Assembly: GCA_944390275.1 (NCBI GenBank)
Contig: CALXPL010000004.1
Coordinates: forward strand, 95,814 to 159,813
Direction of reading: 5' to 3'
From: an uncultured Alphaproteobacteria bacterium
GTDB taxonomy: Bacteria > Pseudomonadota > Alphaproteobacteria > RF32 > CAG-239
Length of the DNA: 64,000 nucleotides
The position numbers were made by a program, and so were the translations under genes. The notes under the pieces are model-generated. The model did not search any database, was not told the DNA's origin, and saw only the letters and a program-made list of their open reading frames with translations. Shown piece by piece: positions 1 to 9,209 of the stretch. Numbering within the stretch: position 1 is the first letter of the stretch; every line of letters begins with the position of its first letter.

Positions 1-194
1 AAGATAGAAAAGCTACCGAAATTGACTAAAGCATTAACGGGAGCCTCGAGTACGGAAACGCGGCCGGTAATTTTATCCATAGCCTGAAGTTTAGCCGTAT
101 TCATACTGATTTCTTTTGCCTGAGGAGCATTTACAGATAGCACGGCAGAGCTCAAAGCGGCATAAAGGAAGAGATTATTGATTATTTTCACCAT
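1..194 (-). CDS. DUF2155 family protein (5' part; runs off window)
   Basis: Not in the ORF track. Hand translation MVKIINNLFLYAALSSAVLSVNAPQAKEISMNTAKLQAMDKITGRVSVLEAPV shows a signal peptide plus the LQAxDKITGR motif; usual neighbour of alphaproteobacterial mlaD pairs. Confidence 0.7.
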   Translation of the reverse strand, partial: MVKIINNLFLYAALSSAVLSVNAPQAKEISMNTAKLQAMDKITGRVSVLEAPVNALVNFGSFSI

Positions 195-636
195 TATCCG
201 TAACCATAAAAATTATTTCACCCACCATATCTTCAATAGTTTTGAAGTCTTTAACATTGGCAATGACATCGCCGTCTTTAAGAAATTCCTTAGATTTTCC
301 GGGTTCAATTTTAATAAATTTATCACCGATTAAGCCATCGCCGACAATAACGGCAGTACTGTCTTTAGGAAGTTTCAAGTCAGAAGCGAGGCTCATACCG
401 ATTTCGGCATCATAATTTTGGTTATCAAGTTTTTGAGAGACGACGGTACCGACTTTAATACCGTTAATGCGCACATCGGAACCGACATTAAGTCCGCCGA
501 CTTTCAAGAATTTAGCGGTAACTTCATACCCTTTAACGACTTGCAAATCAGAAACTTTATAAGCAAAATAGAGGAAGAAAGCGGCGACAAAGAGTACCAC
601 GATTCCCATAATAGTTTCCATAGGTTTTTTATTCAT
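175..636 (-). CDS. mlaD: MlaD/MCE outer-membrane lipid asymmetry protein
   Basis: N-terminal TM; GGLNVGSDVRINGIKVG and GLIGDKFIKIEPG MCE motifs; ATG at 636 follows AGGAG. Confidence 0.9.
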   Translation of the reverse strand: MNKKPMETIMGIVVLFVAAFFLYFAYKVSDLQVVKGYEVTAKFLKVGGLNVGSDVRINGIKVGTVVSQKLDNQNYDAEIGMSLASDLKLPKDSTAVIVGDGLIGDKFIKIEPGKSKEFLKDGDVIANVKDFKTIEDMVGEIIFMVTDNGENNQ

Positions 637-665
637 AAACAACTCCTTATAATAAGACAAAAACT

Positions 666-1151
666 TTATTTATCATTTTTCCGATTAGCTTTACCGATTC
701 CGATAATACGATCGATTAATTCTTCCAACACCATAGCGTCTTGAGTGTAAGCGAATTCGCTTCCGGGGGCAAGATAGTCAAAAGAGCCGCCGGGTTCGAT
801 TTCAATATATTTATTTCCCATGATACCGGAGCTCACGATGGAAGCACTGCTGTCATCGGGAATAAGAATACCGTCTTTAATGTCCAAAGTAAGGATAGCA
901 TGAAAATTATCATCAAGTTGAGCATTAACGACTTTACCGATATTAACCCCGGCCAAACGGACATTATCTCCGACCAACAAGCCGTCGGTACGCCCGAAAC
1001 GAGCATTAAGTTCATAAGATTTACCGTTTTCGGACTTATTTGAATAGCTTTTATGAGTATAGAAGAGCAAGACGACCAAACACAGGCACAAAGCGGTATA
1101 GAGACCAATTTTTAAGACTTTTGCTTCTTCAGAATTATATTTTTCAGGCAT
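666..1151 (-). CDS. mlaD: MlaD/MCE paralog
   Basis: DGLLVGDNVRLAGVNIG and SSGIMGNKYIEIEPGG motifs; tandem with the copy above. Confidence 0.9.
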   Translation of the reverse strand: MPEKYNSEEAKVLKIGLYTALCLCLVVLLFYTHKSYSNKSENGKSYELNARFGRTDGLLVGDNVRLAGVNIGKVVNAQLDDNFHAILTLDIKDGILIPDDSSASIVSSGIMGNKYIEIEPGGSFDYLAPGSEFAYTQDAMVLEELIDRIIGIGKANRKNDK

Positions 1152-1328
1152 AAAACACTCCCAATAGAAAAACTAACTTGTTACATAAAAACACATTTTA
1201 GGGAATAAGGAAATTAAAAAAACGACTTATCATCAAACTTTTTAAAAAATGAAAATAAGTTTTAAAAAAGAGTTAAAAAATAAAAAAGAATAGTCTAAAG
1301 TGAAAAAGAAGATTCGATTAAAAAGGGC

Positions 1329-2078
1329 ATGGAAATGATTACGGTAAGAGGAATAAGCAAATATTTCGGAGAAACAGCGGCTTTATCAGATGTAAGTTTC
1401 AGCATACGCAAGGGAGAGATAGTAGCGTTATTAGGAGCCAACGGAGCGGGAAAAACAACGTTACTGAGAATTATATCAGGATTATTGACGCCGAGCAGCG
1501 GTTGTGTATTTATAGATGAAACGGATATAGCGGATAATCGAGTTGAAGTATTGCAAAAGATAGGCTACATAGCGGAAAACAGCCCTCTTTATGATTATAT
1601 GAGTGTTTATGAATTTATGAATTTTGTTGCGGGGATGAGACAACTTTCAGCCTCGACTTTTTCCCAAAGGATGGAAGAACTAATAAGGGAGTTTGACTTA
1701 TCAAACGTTATCAACCGCAAGATAGGAGAGTTGTCAAAAGGTTTTCGGCACCGAGTGAGCATAGCGGCGGGAGTAATTCACAATCCGGAGATTTTAATTA
1801 TGGATGAGCCGGCCGAAGGTTTGGATCCCAATCAAAAATATGCATTAATAAATTTTATCAAGAGTTACGCACGGCATGGAATAATTTTACTATCCACACA
1901 TATAATGGAAGATGTCGAGGCATCAGCGACAAGAATACTTTTATTAAATGAAGGAAAATTGGTAAAAGATACGACGCCGACACGCTTAAAACATCTGTTG
2001 CCGGAACAAGACATCTCGGCGGCATTTCGAAGTTTGACAACCACTTCAGGAGGGCGGAAAGTTGAATCCCTTTATTAG
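1329..2078 (+). CDS. ABC transporter ATP-binding protein (GldA-like)
   Basis: Walker A GANGAGKT, LSKG signature, ILIMDEP. Confidence 0.85.
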   Translation: MEMITVRGISKYFGETAALSDVSFSIRKGEIVALLGANGAGKTTLLRIISGLLTPSSGCVFIDETDIADNRVEVLQKIGYIAENSPLYDYMSVYEFMNFVAGMRQLSASTFSQRMEELIREFDLSNVINRKIGELSKGFRHRVSIAAGVIHNPEILIMDEPAEGLDPNQKYALINFIKSYARHGIILLSTHIMEDVEASATRILLLNEGKLVKDTTPTRLKHLLPEQDISAAFRSLTTTSGGRKVESLY

Positions 2079-2784
2079 TTTATTCCGCAAAGAATTTTAT
2101 GCGTTGATAACAGGAGGAATAGGATTTTTTGTCCTGTTTATTTATATAGTTATTTCATACGGATTAACTTTTTATGCCGGAAATTTTTTCAGTATAAACA
2201 ACAAAAGATTATATTCATTTTTCATTTTTCAGCCGGAGGTTTTATCATTGCTTCTTCCCGCTTTATCCATGCATCTCTGGACGGATGAAAGCAAAAGGGG
2301 AACGCAAGATTTTTTACTTTCGCTTCCGGTAAAATATTCGACATTGGTTCTTGCAAAATATTCTGCGGTATATGTTTATGGGGCAATTATGCTTTTAAGT
2401 ACGCTTCCGCTCCCATTAGTCGAAAGTTATTGGATAAGAACAGATAATACGGTACTCATTTTATCTTATGTAAGCGTTTTATTGGTTATGGGAATATTCA
2501 TAGCAATCGGGAGTGTAGTTTCAGCCTTAAGTTCAAATTTTATACTGACATACATCGGTTCATTTTTTCTGATACGCCTGTTGATGGGATTAAATCCGAC
2601 ACTTTTAGTCAACAAAATAGTTGAAAAATTTCAAGGACAAATCAGTATGATTTTAGATTTCAAAACTATATACAACAGTTTAATTATGGGGCAGGCAGGA
2701 TTAAATAGCATTCTGTATTATGTATCAGGGATAGTCTTATTGTTGTGGTTAAACATCGTAATCATAGCACATAAAAAGGATTAG
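2062..2784 (+). CDS. ABC-2 permease (GldF-like)
   Basis: Multi-TM; PALSMHLWTDESKRGTQDFLLSLP resembles the GldF loop; operon context. Confidence 0.75.
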   Translation: MNPFISLFRKEFYALITGGIGFFVLFIYIVISYGLTFYAGNFFSINNKRLYSFFIFQPEVLSLLLPALSMHLWTDESKRGTQDFLLSLPVKYSTLVLAKYSAVYVYGAIMLLSTLPLPLVESYWIRTDNTVLILSYVSVLLVMGIFIAIGSVVSALSSNFILTYIGSFFLIRLLMGLNPTLLVNKIVEKFQGQISMILDFKTIYNSLIMGQAGLNSILYYVSGIVLLLWLNIVIIAHKKD

Positions 2785-2788
2785 GAAT

Positions 2789-4654
2789 ATGAAGATGACA
2801 ATAACCAAAAAAACAGGTCTATTAATTTTTGCGACGCTTCTGCTCTTATCTTTTTTGTTAATAAATTTCAGCAGTTCCGTAATTTTCGGAGGCCGCTATT
2901 TTGATTTCACGTCAGATAAAAGATTGAGTTTAAATCAAAAGACAAAAGATATGCTAAAGGAGATGACAACTCCGATAACCATACGTTTATATGTATCCTC
3001 GGGAATAGAAAAGGCCTATCCGAGAATGTGGCAATATTCGAAAGCCATTATAAAGCTATTGGAACAATATCGTCTTCATTCAAACGGCAAGGTAAATTAT
3101 GAAGTAAAATATCCGGAACCCTACAACAACACAGCCAAAGAAGGACAAAAAATAGGGATTAAAGAATTTTACAGTCCGGATGGAAAAAACGCGCTTTATT
3201 TTGGAGCATTGGTTATGACAGACCGAGGAGAAGGATACGTCATACCGGAATTTGTTGAATTACGGAATAATTATTTAGAAAGCGATATAAATCGCTTAGT
3301 AATAAAATTAAACGAAAATCAAGCGCGTCCCAAAGTAGGGGTTATGGCTCCCGAGTTAATAAGTGGTCGCATTTTAGGGAATACAGAAGAGACACTTCCA
3401 AAATTAAATTTTTTAAGACAGTTAACAAATGATTATGAACTTGTACTAATCTCTCCGAATACGGTTCAAATCGGAGTAGATATTAACACCATGATAGTTG
3501 TTACTCCGAGCGATTCTCTCTCCATAGAAGCTCTGTATGCAATAGATCAGTTTGTATTAAGAGGAGGTAATCTGATAATATTCATAGATTCCTACAATGA
3601 AACACACAACCGCATGAGTAAAGAAGAAGGAATAAAGCCGCTTTTAGAGAATTGGGGATTTGTGAGCGATATGACGCAAGTTATCGGAGATAAAAAGAAT
3701 GCAGAAGAAGCACTTTTTGAAGGACAAGCGATAATCTTTTACCCATGGCTGAATATTCCTTGGGGAAATATTAATCAACAACACCAACTGACACAAGGGT
3801 TAAACAATCTAATATATCGCTCTCCGGTCGGGATAGAAATAGTTTCGAAAGAAGGAATAAGATATACGCCTTTGGTTAGCACATCGGAACAAGGCGGCAA
3901 GATTTCAGCAAAAACGGTTTCACTTCCGGATAAGACAGCCGTATTAAGGCAATATAAGGATGAAAAAAAATATTATAATTTAGCCGTATTGGCAGAAGGA
4001 AAATTTACATCTTTGTTCCGCAAAAGCCTTTTTGCCAACAGCAAATACAAAGATAATCTTTTAGAATTTTTACCGGAATCGCTAAGCACGGGAAAAGTAT
4101 TGGTAATCGGAGATACAGATTTTATAGAAAATGAAATATGGTCAGATTCTGAATATACCGATAAAAATCCAATATATGGAATTATCTCTTGGGCAGATAA
4201 CGGAGATTTTGTATTACGTGCCGTTGATTATATGAACAACAAAACGAAATATTTGCAAAATCAGCATAAGCCGTTATTTTTTGATGCCTCATTACAAAGT
4301 CTGTTTCAAGACAAGGTTATGGAAGAATATCAAGAAAAATATAATGCATCTATCCGAGAATTAAAAAAGAACAACTTGATAGTAAAACAACTTCAACAAG
4401 AAGAAAGAACGTCAGGATTAACATTACAAAAGATGAAAGAGTTAAATGAAGTTCAAAGTAAAATTTCTGACAACGAACAAATGCTGAGAGAGTATAATTA
4501 TGAGATAGCAAAGAAAGTTGACCATCAAAAACTAAAATTTATCATTTATGTATCAGTATTAAGTATTGGATTGATAATAATTTTACTCGTTTTGGGAAAC
4601 ATAAGCCGACGTTCAAGACGTTATATTAATCCGTTGGAGGAAAAAGATGGATAG
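2789..4654 (+). CDS. GldG-family ABC auxiliary/periplasmic protein
   Basis: FDFTSDKRLSL, YAIDQFVLRGGNLIIFID, VLVIGDTDF; TM helices at both ends. Confidence 0.8.
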   Translation: MKMTITKKTGLLIFATLLLLSFLLINFSSSVIFGGRYFDFTSDKRLSLNQKTKDMLKEMTTPITIRLYVSSGIEKAYPRMWQYSKAIIKLLEQYRLHSNGKVNYEVKYPEPYNNTAKEGQKIGIKEFYSPDGKNALYFGALVMTDRGEGYVIPEFVELRNNYLESDINRLVIKLNENQARPKVGVMAPELISGRILGNTEETLPKLNFLRQLTNDYELVLISPNTVQIGVDINTMIVVTPSDSLSIEALYAIDQFVLRGGNLIIFIDSYNETHNRMSKEEGIKPLLENWGFVSDMTQVIGDKKNAEEALFEGQAIIFYPWLNIPWGNINQQHQLTQGLNNLIYRSPVGIEIVSKEGIRYTPLVSTSEQGGKISAKTVSLPDKTAVLRQYKDEKKYYNLAVLAEGKFTSLFRKSLFANSKYKDNLLEFLPESLSTGKVLVIGDTDFIENEIWSDSEYTDKNPIYGIISWADNGDFVLRAVDYMNNKTKYLQNQHKPLFFDASLQSLFQDKVMEEYQEKYNASIRELKKNNLIVKQLQQEERTSGLTLQKMKELNEVQSKISDNEQMLREYNYEIAKKVDHQKLKFIIYVSVLSIGLIIILLVLGNISRRSRRYINPLEEKDG

Positions 4655-5615
4655 GCAGACATTACGCTATGGGACCTACTTATTGATAATATCATTAAGT
4701 CTTGCAGTATTGAGCTTACTTCCGTTGTATTATAAACAAACGGACAATATGCAGGGCGAAGCTGTATTTTCAGAAGGGGTAGGTCAAGAAATTGAAACAA
4801 TAGTTATAAAGACACCGAAAGATAACGTAACACTTGCAAAAGATGAAAATTTGTGGCGGGTAAGCGAATCAGACATGTATTATGCCAATCAGAAACGAGT
4901 GGGACAATTATTGAGTTTTATTCAAGAATCAAGGATACACCGCCCGATAGAATTAAGTGATAAAGAATTTCAAGAAAATTTTGGAACAAATGGAACGGAA
5001 ATAACACTAGCAGGAAAAGAAGGATTAATATTGGGACGGTTGATTATCGGAAAATTGACTTATAACAACCGTTTTGCCTATGTTCGCTATCCTGATAGTG
5101 ACAAAAGTTATCTAGTAAGCCATGCTCTAAAACTTCCCGAATATCGTTATAATTGGCTTCAACAACCGTTAATTTCCATAGATAAGGGTCAAGTACAAGA
5201 TATAATAATAGATAAAGGTAAAAAAGAATTAGTCATAGGGAGAGATTTTCCGACATATCCGTTTTGGATAATTGAAGGGAGTAAATTGACAAATAAAGCC
5301 TATCCGGAAGATTTATTGCAACAATTGGAAAAGATAAATTTCATAGATGTAAAATCGGTTCAAAATTTTGATGAATCCACGGGAGAAGGAGTAAAAAGAT
5401 TTCAAGTAACAACTTTTAACGGACTTATTGCCGAATTTACGCTTATTAAAAAAGATAAAGAATATTGGTTGAAACAAAAATTAACGACGACAAGTCTTCC
5501 GACGCAAGCAGTAAAAGACTATATAGAGAATAATGAAGAATTATCAAATTATTGGTATTTTCGCTTAAGCAGCTATACAGGAAGTAAGATGTGGAACACA
5601 GATTTATTAAAGTAG
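4647..5615 (+). CDS. DUF4340 domain protein
   Basis: N-terminal TM; typical fourth gene of GldA/F/G-like operons; LIIGK...YVR motif. Confidence 0.65.
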   Translation: MDRQTLRYGTYLLIISLSLAVLSLLPLYYKQTDNMQGEAVFSEGVGQEIETIVIKTPKDNVTLAKDENLWRVSESDMYYANQKRVGQLLSFIQESRIHRPIELSDKEFQENFGTNGTEITLAGKEGLILGRLIIGKLTYNNRFAYVRYPDSDKSYLVSHALKLPEYRYNWLQQPLISIDKGQVQDIIIDKGKKELVIGRDFPTYPFWIIEGSKLTNKAYPEDLLQQLEKINFIDVKSVQNFDESTGEGVKRFQVTTFNGLIAEFTLIKKDKEYWLKQKLTTTSLPTQAVKDYIENNEELSNYWYFRLSSYTGSKMWNTDLLK

Positions 5616-5623
5616 GAAGGAAG

Positions 5624-6421
5624 ATGAAAAAACAAAGGATACCGAATACGGAAGAATGCGATTGTGAGGCATTAAACGAACGTTGTGAAGAAGCGGAAAA
5701 AAGGCTTGCCGCCAGTCAAAAAGAAAGTGCCTCAAAATCATATTTTTTGGCACAAGCCACCCACGATTTGGAACAGCCATTGCACGCGTTAAGAATATTT
5801 ATAAGTTTGCTAAAAAATACAGAGCTAAAGAAGGATCAACAAGAGCTTGTAGAAAAGATAGGCATGGCAGCCGATAATATGTATAAGCTGTTAGAAAATT
5901 ATTTAGATTTATCGAAAATAGAATATGGCGGAGTGAGGTACGAATCCTCCGAATTTTGTATTGATGAAGTAAGCGGCCGCTTAGCCGAAGAATTTAGCTT
6001 GATATGTGTGTGTCAGCAGAAAGAATTTCATTACATACCAAGTAAATTGGTTGTTGAAACGGATAAAATATTATTAGAAAGATTATTAAGAAATATCTTA
6101 TCCAATGCCGTAAAATATGCACAAAAGAGAGTAATATTTGGATGCCGCCGCCGAGGCAAATTTGTTCAAATTGAAGTATTAGACGATGGAAAAGGAATTT
6201 CTAAAAAAGATATTCCGCATATATTTGAAGAATTTTATCAAAGTTCAGAAGATAAAGAGAATAAGAAAAAAGGCTCAGGTTTAGGCCTTGCTATTGTAAA
6301 AAAAATAGCAGACATCATGAGTTTAGATATAAAAATAAGAACCAAAAGCAAACACGGAACAAGTTTTAATTTTCAAATACCGCTAGCAACAAAGAAACAA
6401 GAATACTTATTCAGGGGTTGA
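5624..6421 (+). CDS. Histidine kinase (HisKA + HATPase_c), no sensor or TM domain
   Basis: H-box ATHDLEQPL, N-box NILSNAVKY, DDGKGI, GSGLGLAIV; ATG at 5624 follows AGGAAGG. Confidence 0.85.
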   Translation: MKKQRIPNTEECDCEALNERCEEAEKRLAASQKESASKSYFLAQATHDLEQPLHALRIFISLLKNTELKKDQQELVEKIGMAADNMYKLLENYLDLSKIEYGGVRYESSEFCIDEVSGRLAEEFSLICVCQQKEFHYIPSKLVVETDKILLERLLRNILSNAVKYAQKRVIFGCRRRGKFVQIEVLDDGKGISKKDIPHIFEEFYQSSEDKENKKKGSGLGLAIVKKIADIMSLDIKIRTKSKHGTSFNFQIPLATKKQEYLFRG

Positions 6422-6841
6422 ATTATAATTTCGCAATACCGAAGAAATATAGATTAATTGTCGCAAATTCATATCCATAAGACAACTTTCACGGTTGTAA
6501 GTAGGAGAACCGGTGTAATTTGTCATGCTAAGTACGTATAAATCGCAATATTCATTTTTGAAATTGGTCCAATTTTCATAAAGATTTTTCAAACGACCGC
6601 GAAACATACCGGAACCTTGATTCCAATTTGTGAAACTAGAATCTTTTGAAATTTTTTCATACTCGGAATAAATTTGCTTATTAAGGCGAGAGTTTTCAGC
6701 TTTCATACATTCAGCCATAGCCTCATCACTAACTTTTGCGGCATCTTTAATGCAATAATTATAAGCCGCAGATTGAGCAAAGACATTACAAGCAAGGGAG
6801 CAAAAGAAGCAAACAGCACAAAAAGAAAACGATTTCGACAT
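6407..6841 (-). CDS. Secreted LprI/DUF1311-like (lysozyme inhibitor-like) protein
   Basis: Signal peptide; pattern C...MAECMKAE..RLNKQIY...W..FKNEYC...G.....C. Confidence 0.6.
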   Translation of the reverse strand: MSKSFSFCAVCFFCSLACNVFAQSAAYNYCIKDAAKVSDEAMAECMKAENSRLNKQIYSEYEKISKDSSFTNWNQGSGMFRGRLKNLYENWTNFKNEYCDLYVLSMTNYTGSPTYNRESCLMDMNLRQLIYISSVLRNYNSTPE

Positions 6842-6846
6842 GAGAA

Positions 6847-7287
6847 TTACCTTTTCGTTACAGCCATATCATTGTAAATTTTAACAATAGCCTCAACATT
6901 AGAAGCAAAACGATTTGTTAAATCCAACATACATTGAGATTTTTGAACATCAGTAATTGTACCGATTCCTTGAGAGAAAGTATAAGAATATAAGGAACAA
7001 TATTTATTACGATAATCGATCCATTGTTTTAAGAGGGTTTGAAAATTTTGAGATGAAGAAAGAGTTTGGTCATTCCATTGAGTGAAATATTTATTCGTCA
7101 TGATAGAAGAAAGACGAGATTGAATTTTGCGCATTTCACGAGAAACTTCATCATTATTGCATTTTGCGATATCAAAATCGCCTTGAGCATTGTTCATACA
7201 AGAATCATAATCAGAAGAAGCGAGAGCCGGAAAGGCACACGCAACAGAAGCCCACAAGGCAGCCAGAGCGAAATAACGATGCATCAT
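6847..7287 (-). CDS. Secreted LprI/DUF1311-like paralog
   Basis: Signal peptide; same 4-Cys spacing; QWIDYRNKYC and GIGTI...QCMLDLT. Confidence 0.65.
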   Translation of the reverse strand: MMHRYFALAALWASVACAFPALASSDYDSCMNNAQGDFDIAKCNNDEVSREMRKIQSRLSSIMTNKYFTQWNDQTLSSSQNFQTLLKQWIDYRNKYCSLYSYTFSQGIGTITDVQKSQCMLDLTNRFASNVEAIVKIYNDMAVTKR

Positions 7288-7420
7288 AAAACCTCCACAA
7301 AAAACAAGTTAACTAAACTATAAACAATATTAATTAACATTAGATTAAATTAAAAAATAAACTTGTGTTCAGAAAAATAGTCTATATATTAGAAAGTATA
7401 GAAAACAGAGGAAGGAAAAA

Positions 7421-7744
7421 ATGTATAGATTTCTTTGGATATTTTTAATAATAGCATTATTAAGTTCCTGCTATTCAAGACGAGGTCATAGGATAGCGGA
7501 TGATAGCTTTGTCGGAATGAGTGAAGAAGAATTAGTTACGACAATAGGTCCTCCGGATAGTTATTATGAAATGGGCAAGGAAAAATATTTAATATATAAT
7601 AAGAATGGGTCTCAGTATTATGCGGGAAGTTACATTCCGATGATGTGCAAATTAACATTTGTTTTTTACAGGGGAGTTTTAGATAATTGGCATTATGAAG
7701 GCAATATGTGTGATGCCGTAGCCGAAAACATTGATTTGCATTAA
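7421..7744 (+). CDS. Small lipoprotein (SmpA/OmlA-like fold)
   Basis: Lipobox LLSSC; GMSEEELVTTIGPPD motif. Confidence 0.6.
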   Translation: MYRFLWIFLIIALLSSCYSRRGHRIADDSFVGMSEEELVTTIGPPDSYYEMGKEKYLIYNKNGSQYYAGSYIPMMCKLTFVFYRGVLDNWHYEGNMCDAVAENIDLH

Positions 7745-7746
7745 GC

Positions 7747-7785
7747 AAAAAAGAGAGATTTCAAAAAAGAGAAATCTCTTTTTTT
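7747..7785. terminator. Bidirectional intrinsic terminator
   Basis: AAAAAAGAGAGATTTC...GAAATCTCTTTTTTT inverted repeat between convergent units. Confidence 0.65.
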
Positions 7786-8388
7786 ATGAGCCAGAGCGAA
7801 CCCTTGGGAGAGAACCCGTAAATGAGATAAGAAAAAAGCCGCAATCTTATAATAAAGATAACGGCTTAAAGAATGGTAGGCGCGTGGGGCTGGAGGAAAA
7901 AAATTTCTCCTGAGGAGGAATTTTTGACGACAGAGTCAGAAATGTTAGTTTGCGAGCAAGCGAAAGCGCCGTAAAGCAAACGTTACATTTACTGTTGACC
8001 GCAGCGAGTTAGCGTTTGAGGAAAGCAAACGCTTATGAGCCAGAGCGAACCCTTGGGTGAGAACCCGAGAATGGGGCAAGAAAAAAAGCCGCAATCTTAT
8101 AATAAAGATAACGGCTTATAAACTGGTAGGCGCGTGGGGCTGGAGGAAAAAAATTTCTCCTGAGGAGGAATTTTTGACGACAGAGTCAGAAATGTTAGTT
8201 TGCGAGCAAGCGAAAGCGCCGTAAAGCAAACGTTACATTTACTGTTGACCGCAGCGAGTTAGCGTTTGAGGAAAGCAAACGCTTATGAGCCAGAGCGAAC
8301 CCTTGGGTGAGAACCCGTAAATGAGATAAGAAAAAAGCCGCAATCTTATAATAAAGATAACGGCTTATAAACTGGTAGGCGCGTGGGG
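7784..8388 (-). repeat. tRNA-linked tandem repeat, ~250-bp unit, ~2.4 copies
   Basis: TTATGAGCCAGAGCGAACCCTTGGG recurs at 7784, 8033 and 8283; TGGTAGGCGCGTGGGG (tRNA 3' end) recurs at 7874, 8124 and 8373. Confidence 0.95.
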
Positions 8389-8448
8389 GTTCGAACCCCA
8401 GACCCACTGATTAAGAGTCAGTTGCTCTACCAACTGAGCTACGCACCC
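8373..8448 (-). tRNA. tRNA-Lys (CTT)
   Basis: GGGTGCGTAGCTCAGTTGGTAGAGCAACTGACTCTTAATCAGTGGGTCTGGGGTTCGAACCCCCACGCGCCTACCA; 76 nt, anticodon CTT, encoded CCA. Confidence 0.97.
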
Positions 8449-8520
8449 GTGAGTAGGAACTCAACAACAAAGGCACTATACTCTGTGAAAATTAAATTTG
8501 CAACAAAATTTTTAATTTTT

Positions 8521-8973
8521 TTAATATTCGATTTTATCGGGTTTATTTTTCCATTCATTCATAACGGCGACAGCCTCATCCAATACAATTCTATGTAAAT
8601 TGATAGGATCGTCATCATAAAAGACTCTATCGCGAAAACCGATATTTTCGGCATCATAACGGTCTGCGGCATAATAGATTTCGGCGATATTAGCCCATTT
8701 TGCGGCATTGAGACACATGGGGCAGGGTTCACAAGAGGTATAGAGAGTACATCCAGAAAGGTCAAAACTGTTGATATTACGACAAGCGTTTCGAATAGCA
8801 ACGACTTCACCGTGAGCAGTTGGGTCATTATCAAGAGCAACGCGATTATGCCCTTCACCAATAATTTTTCCGTTTTTGTCAACGATAATACATCCAAAGG
8901 GCGAGCTACCGGCATCAATGGATGTTTTGCTTAATTTGATAGCTTTTTCTAAATTTTCTTTGTGATTAATCAT
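8521..8973 (-). CDS. guaD: Guanine/nucleoside deaminase (cytidine deaminase-like superfamily)
   Basis: PFGCII, DPTAHGEVVAIR and CEPCPMC zinc motifs; short Bacillus-type GuaD. Confidence 0.75.
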   Translation of the reverse strand: MINHKENLEKAIKLSKTSIDAGSSPFGCIIVDKNGKIIGEGHNRVALDNDPTAHGEVVAIRNACRNINSFDLSGCTLYTSCEPCPMCLNAAKWANIAEIYYAADRYDAENIGFRDRVFYDDDPINLHRIVLDEAVAVMNEWKNKPDKIEY

Positions 8974-9209
8974 GATAACACCTCATAAACAAACAACTTT
9001 TAGAAAAATAGCAAAAAAAAGTAAAAAGAACAAGAAGAAAACACTTTACAAAATAAAACATAATGGATTGTAAAAATATACAGGACAAGAGAATTACTTA
9101 ATCATTAAAAAAGAGTCTGTTTGTGAAAACGGGCTCTTTTGCCTTTTTAAATAAAAATTAACGGAAGTGCACTAATCTCGACACAAAGAAAAATGCAAGG
9201 GGAAAAAAG

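Noticed and set aside
1329-5615. Gliding motility system
   Set aside because: GldA/F/G-like ABC operons are widespread in non-gliding bacteria, and no motor or T9SS genes are present.
7784-8388. CRISPR array
   Set aside because: The whole 250-bp unit is repeated; there are no unique spacers and no cas genes.
7731-8598. ORFs 7731-7913, 8195-8407 and 8383-8598 as proteins
   Set aside because: They are shadow translations of the tRNA and its repeats.
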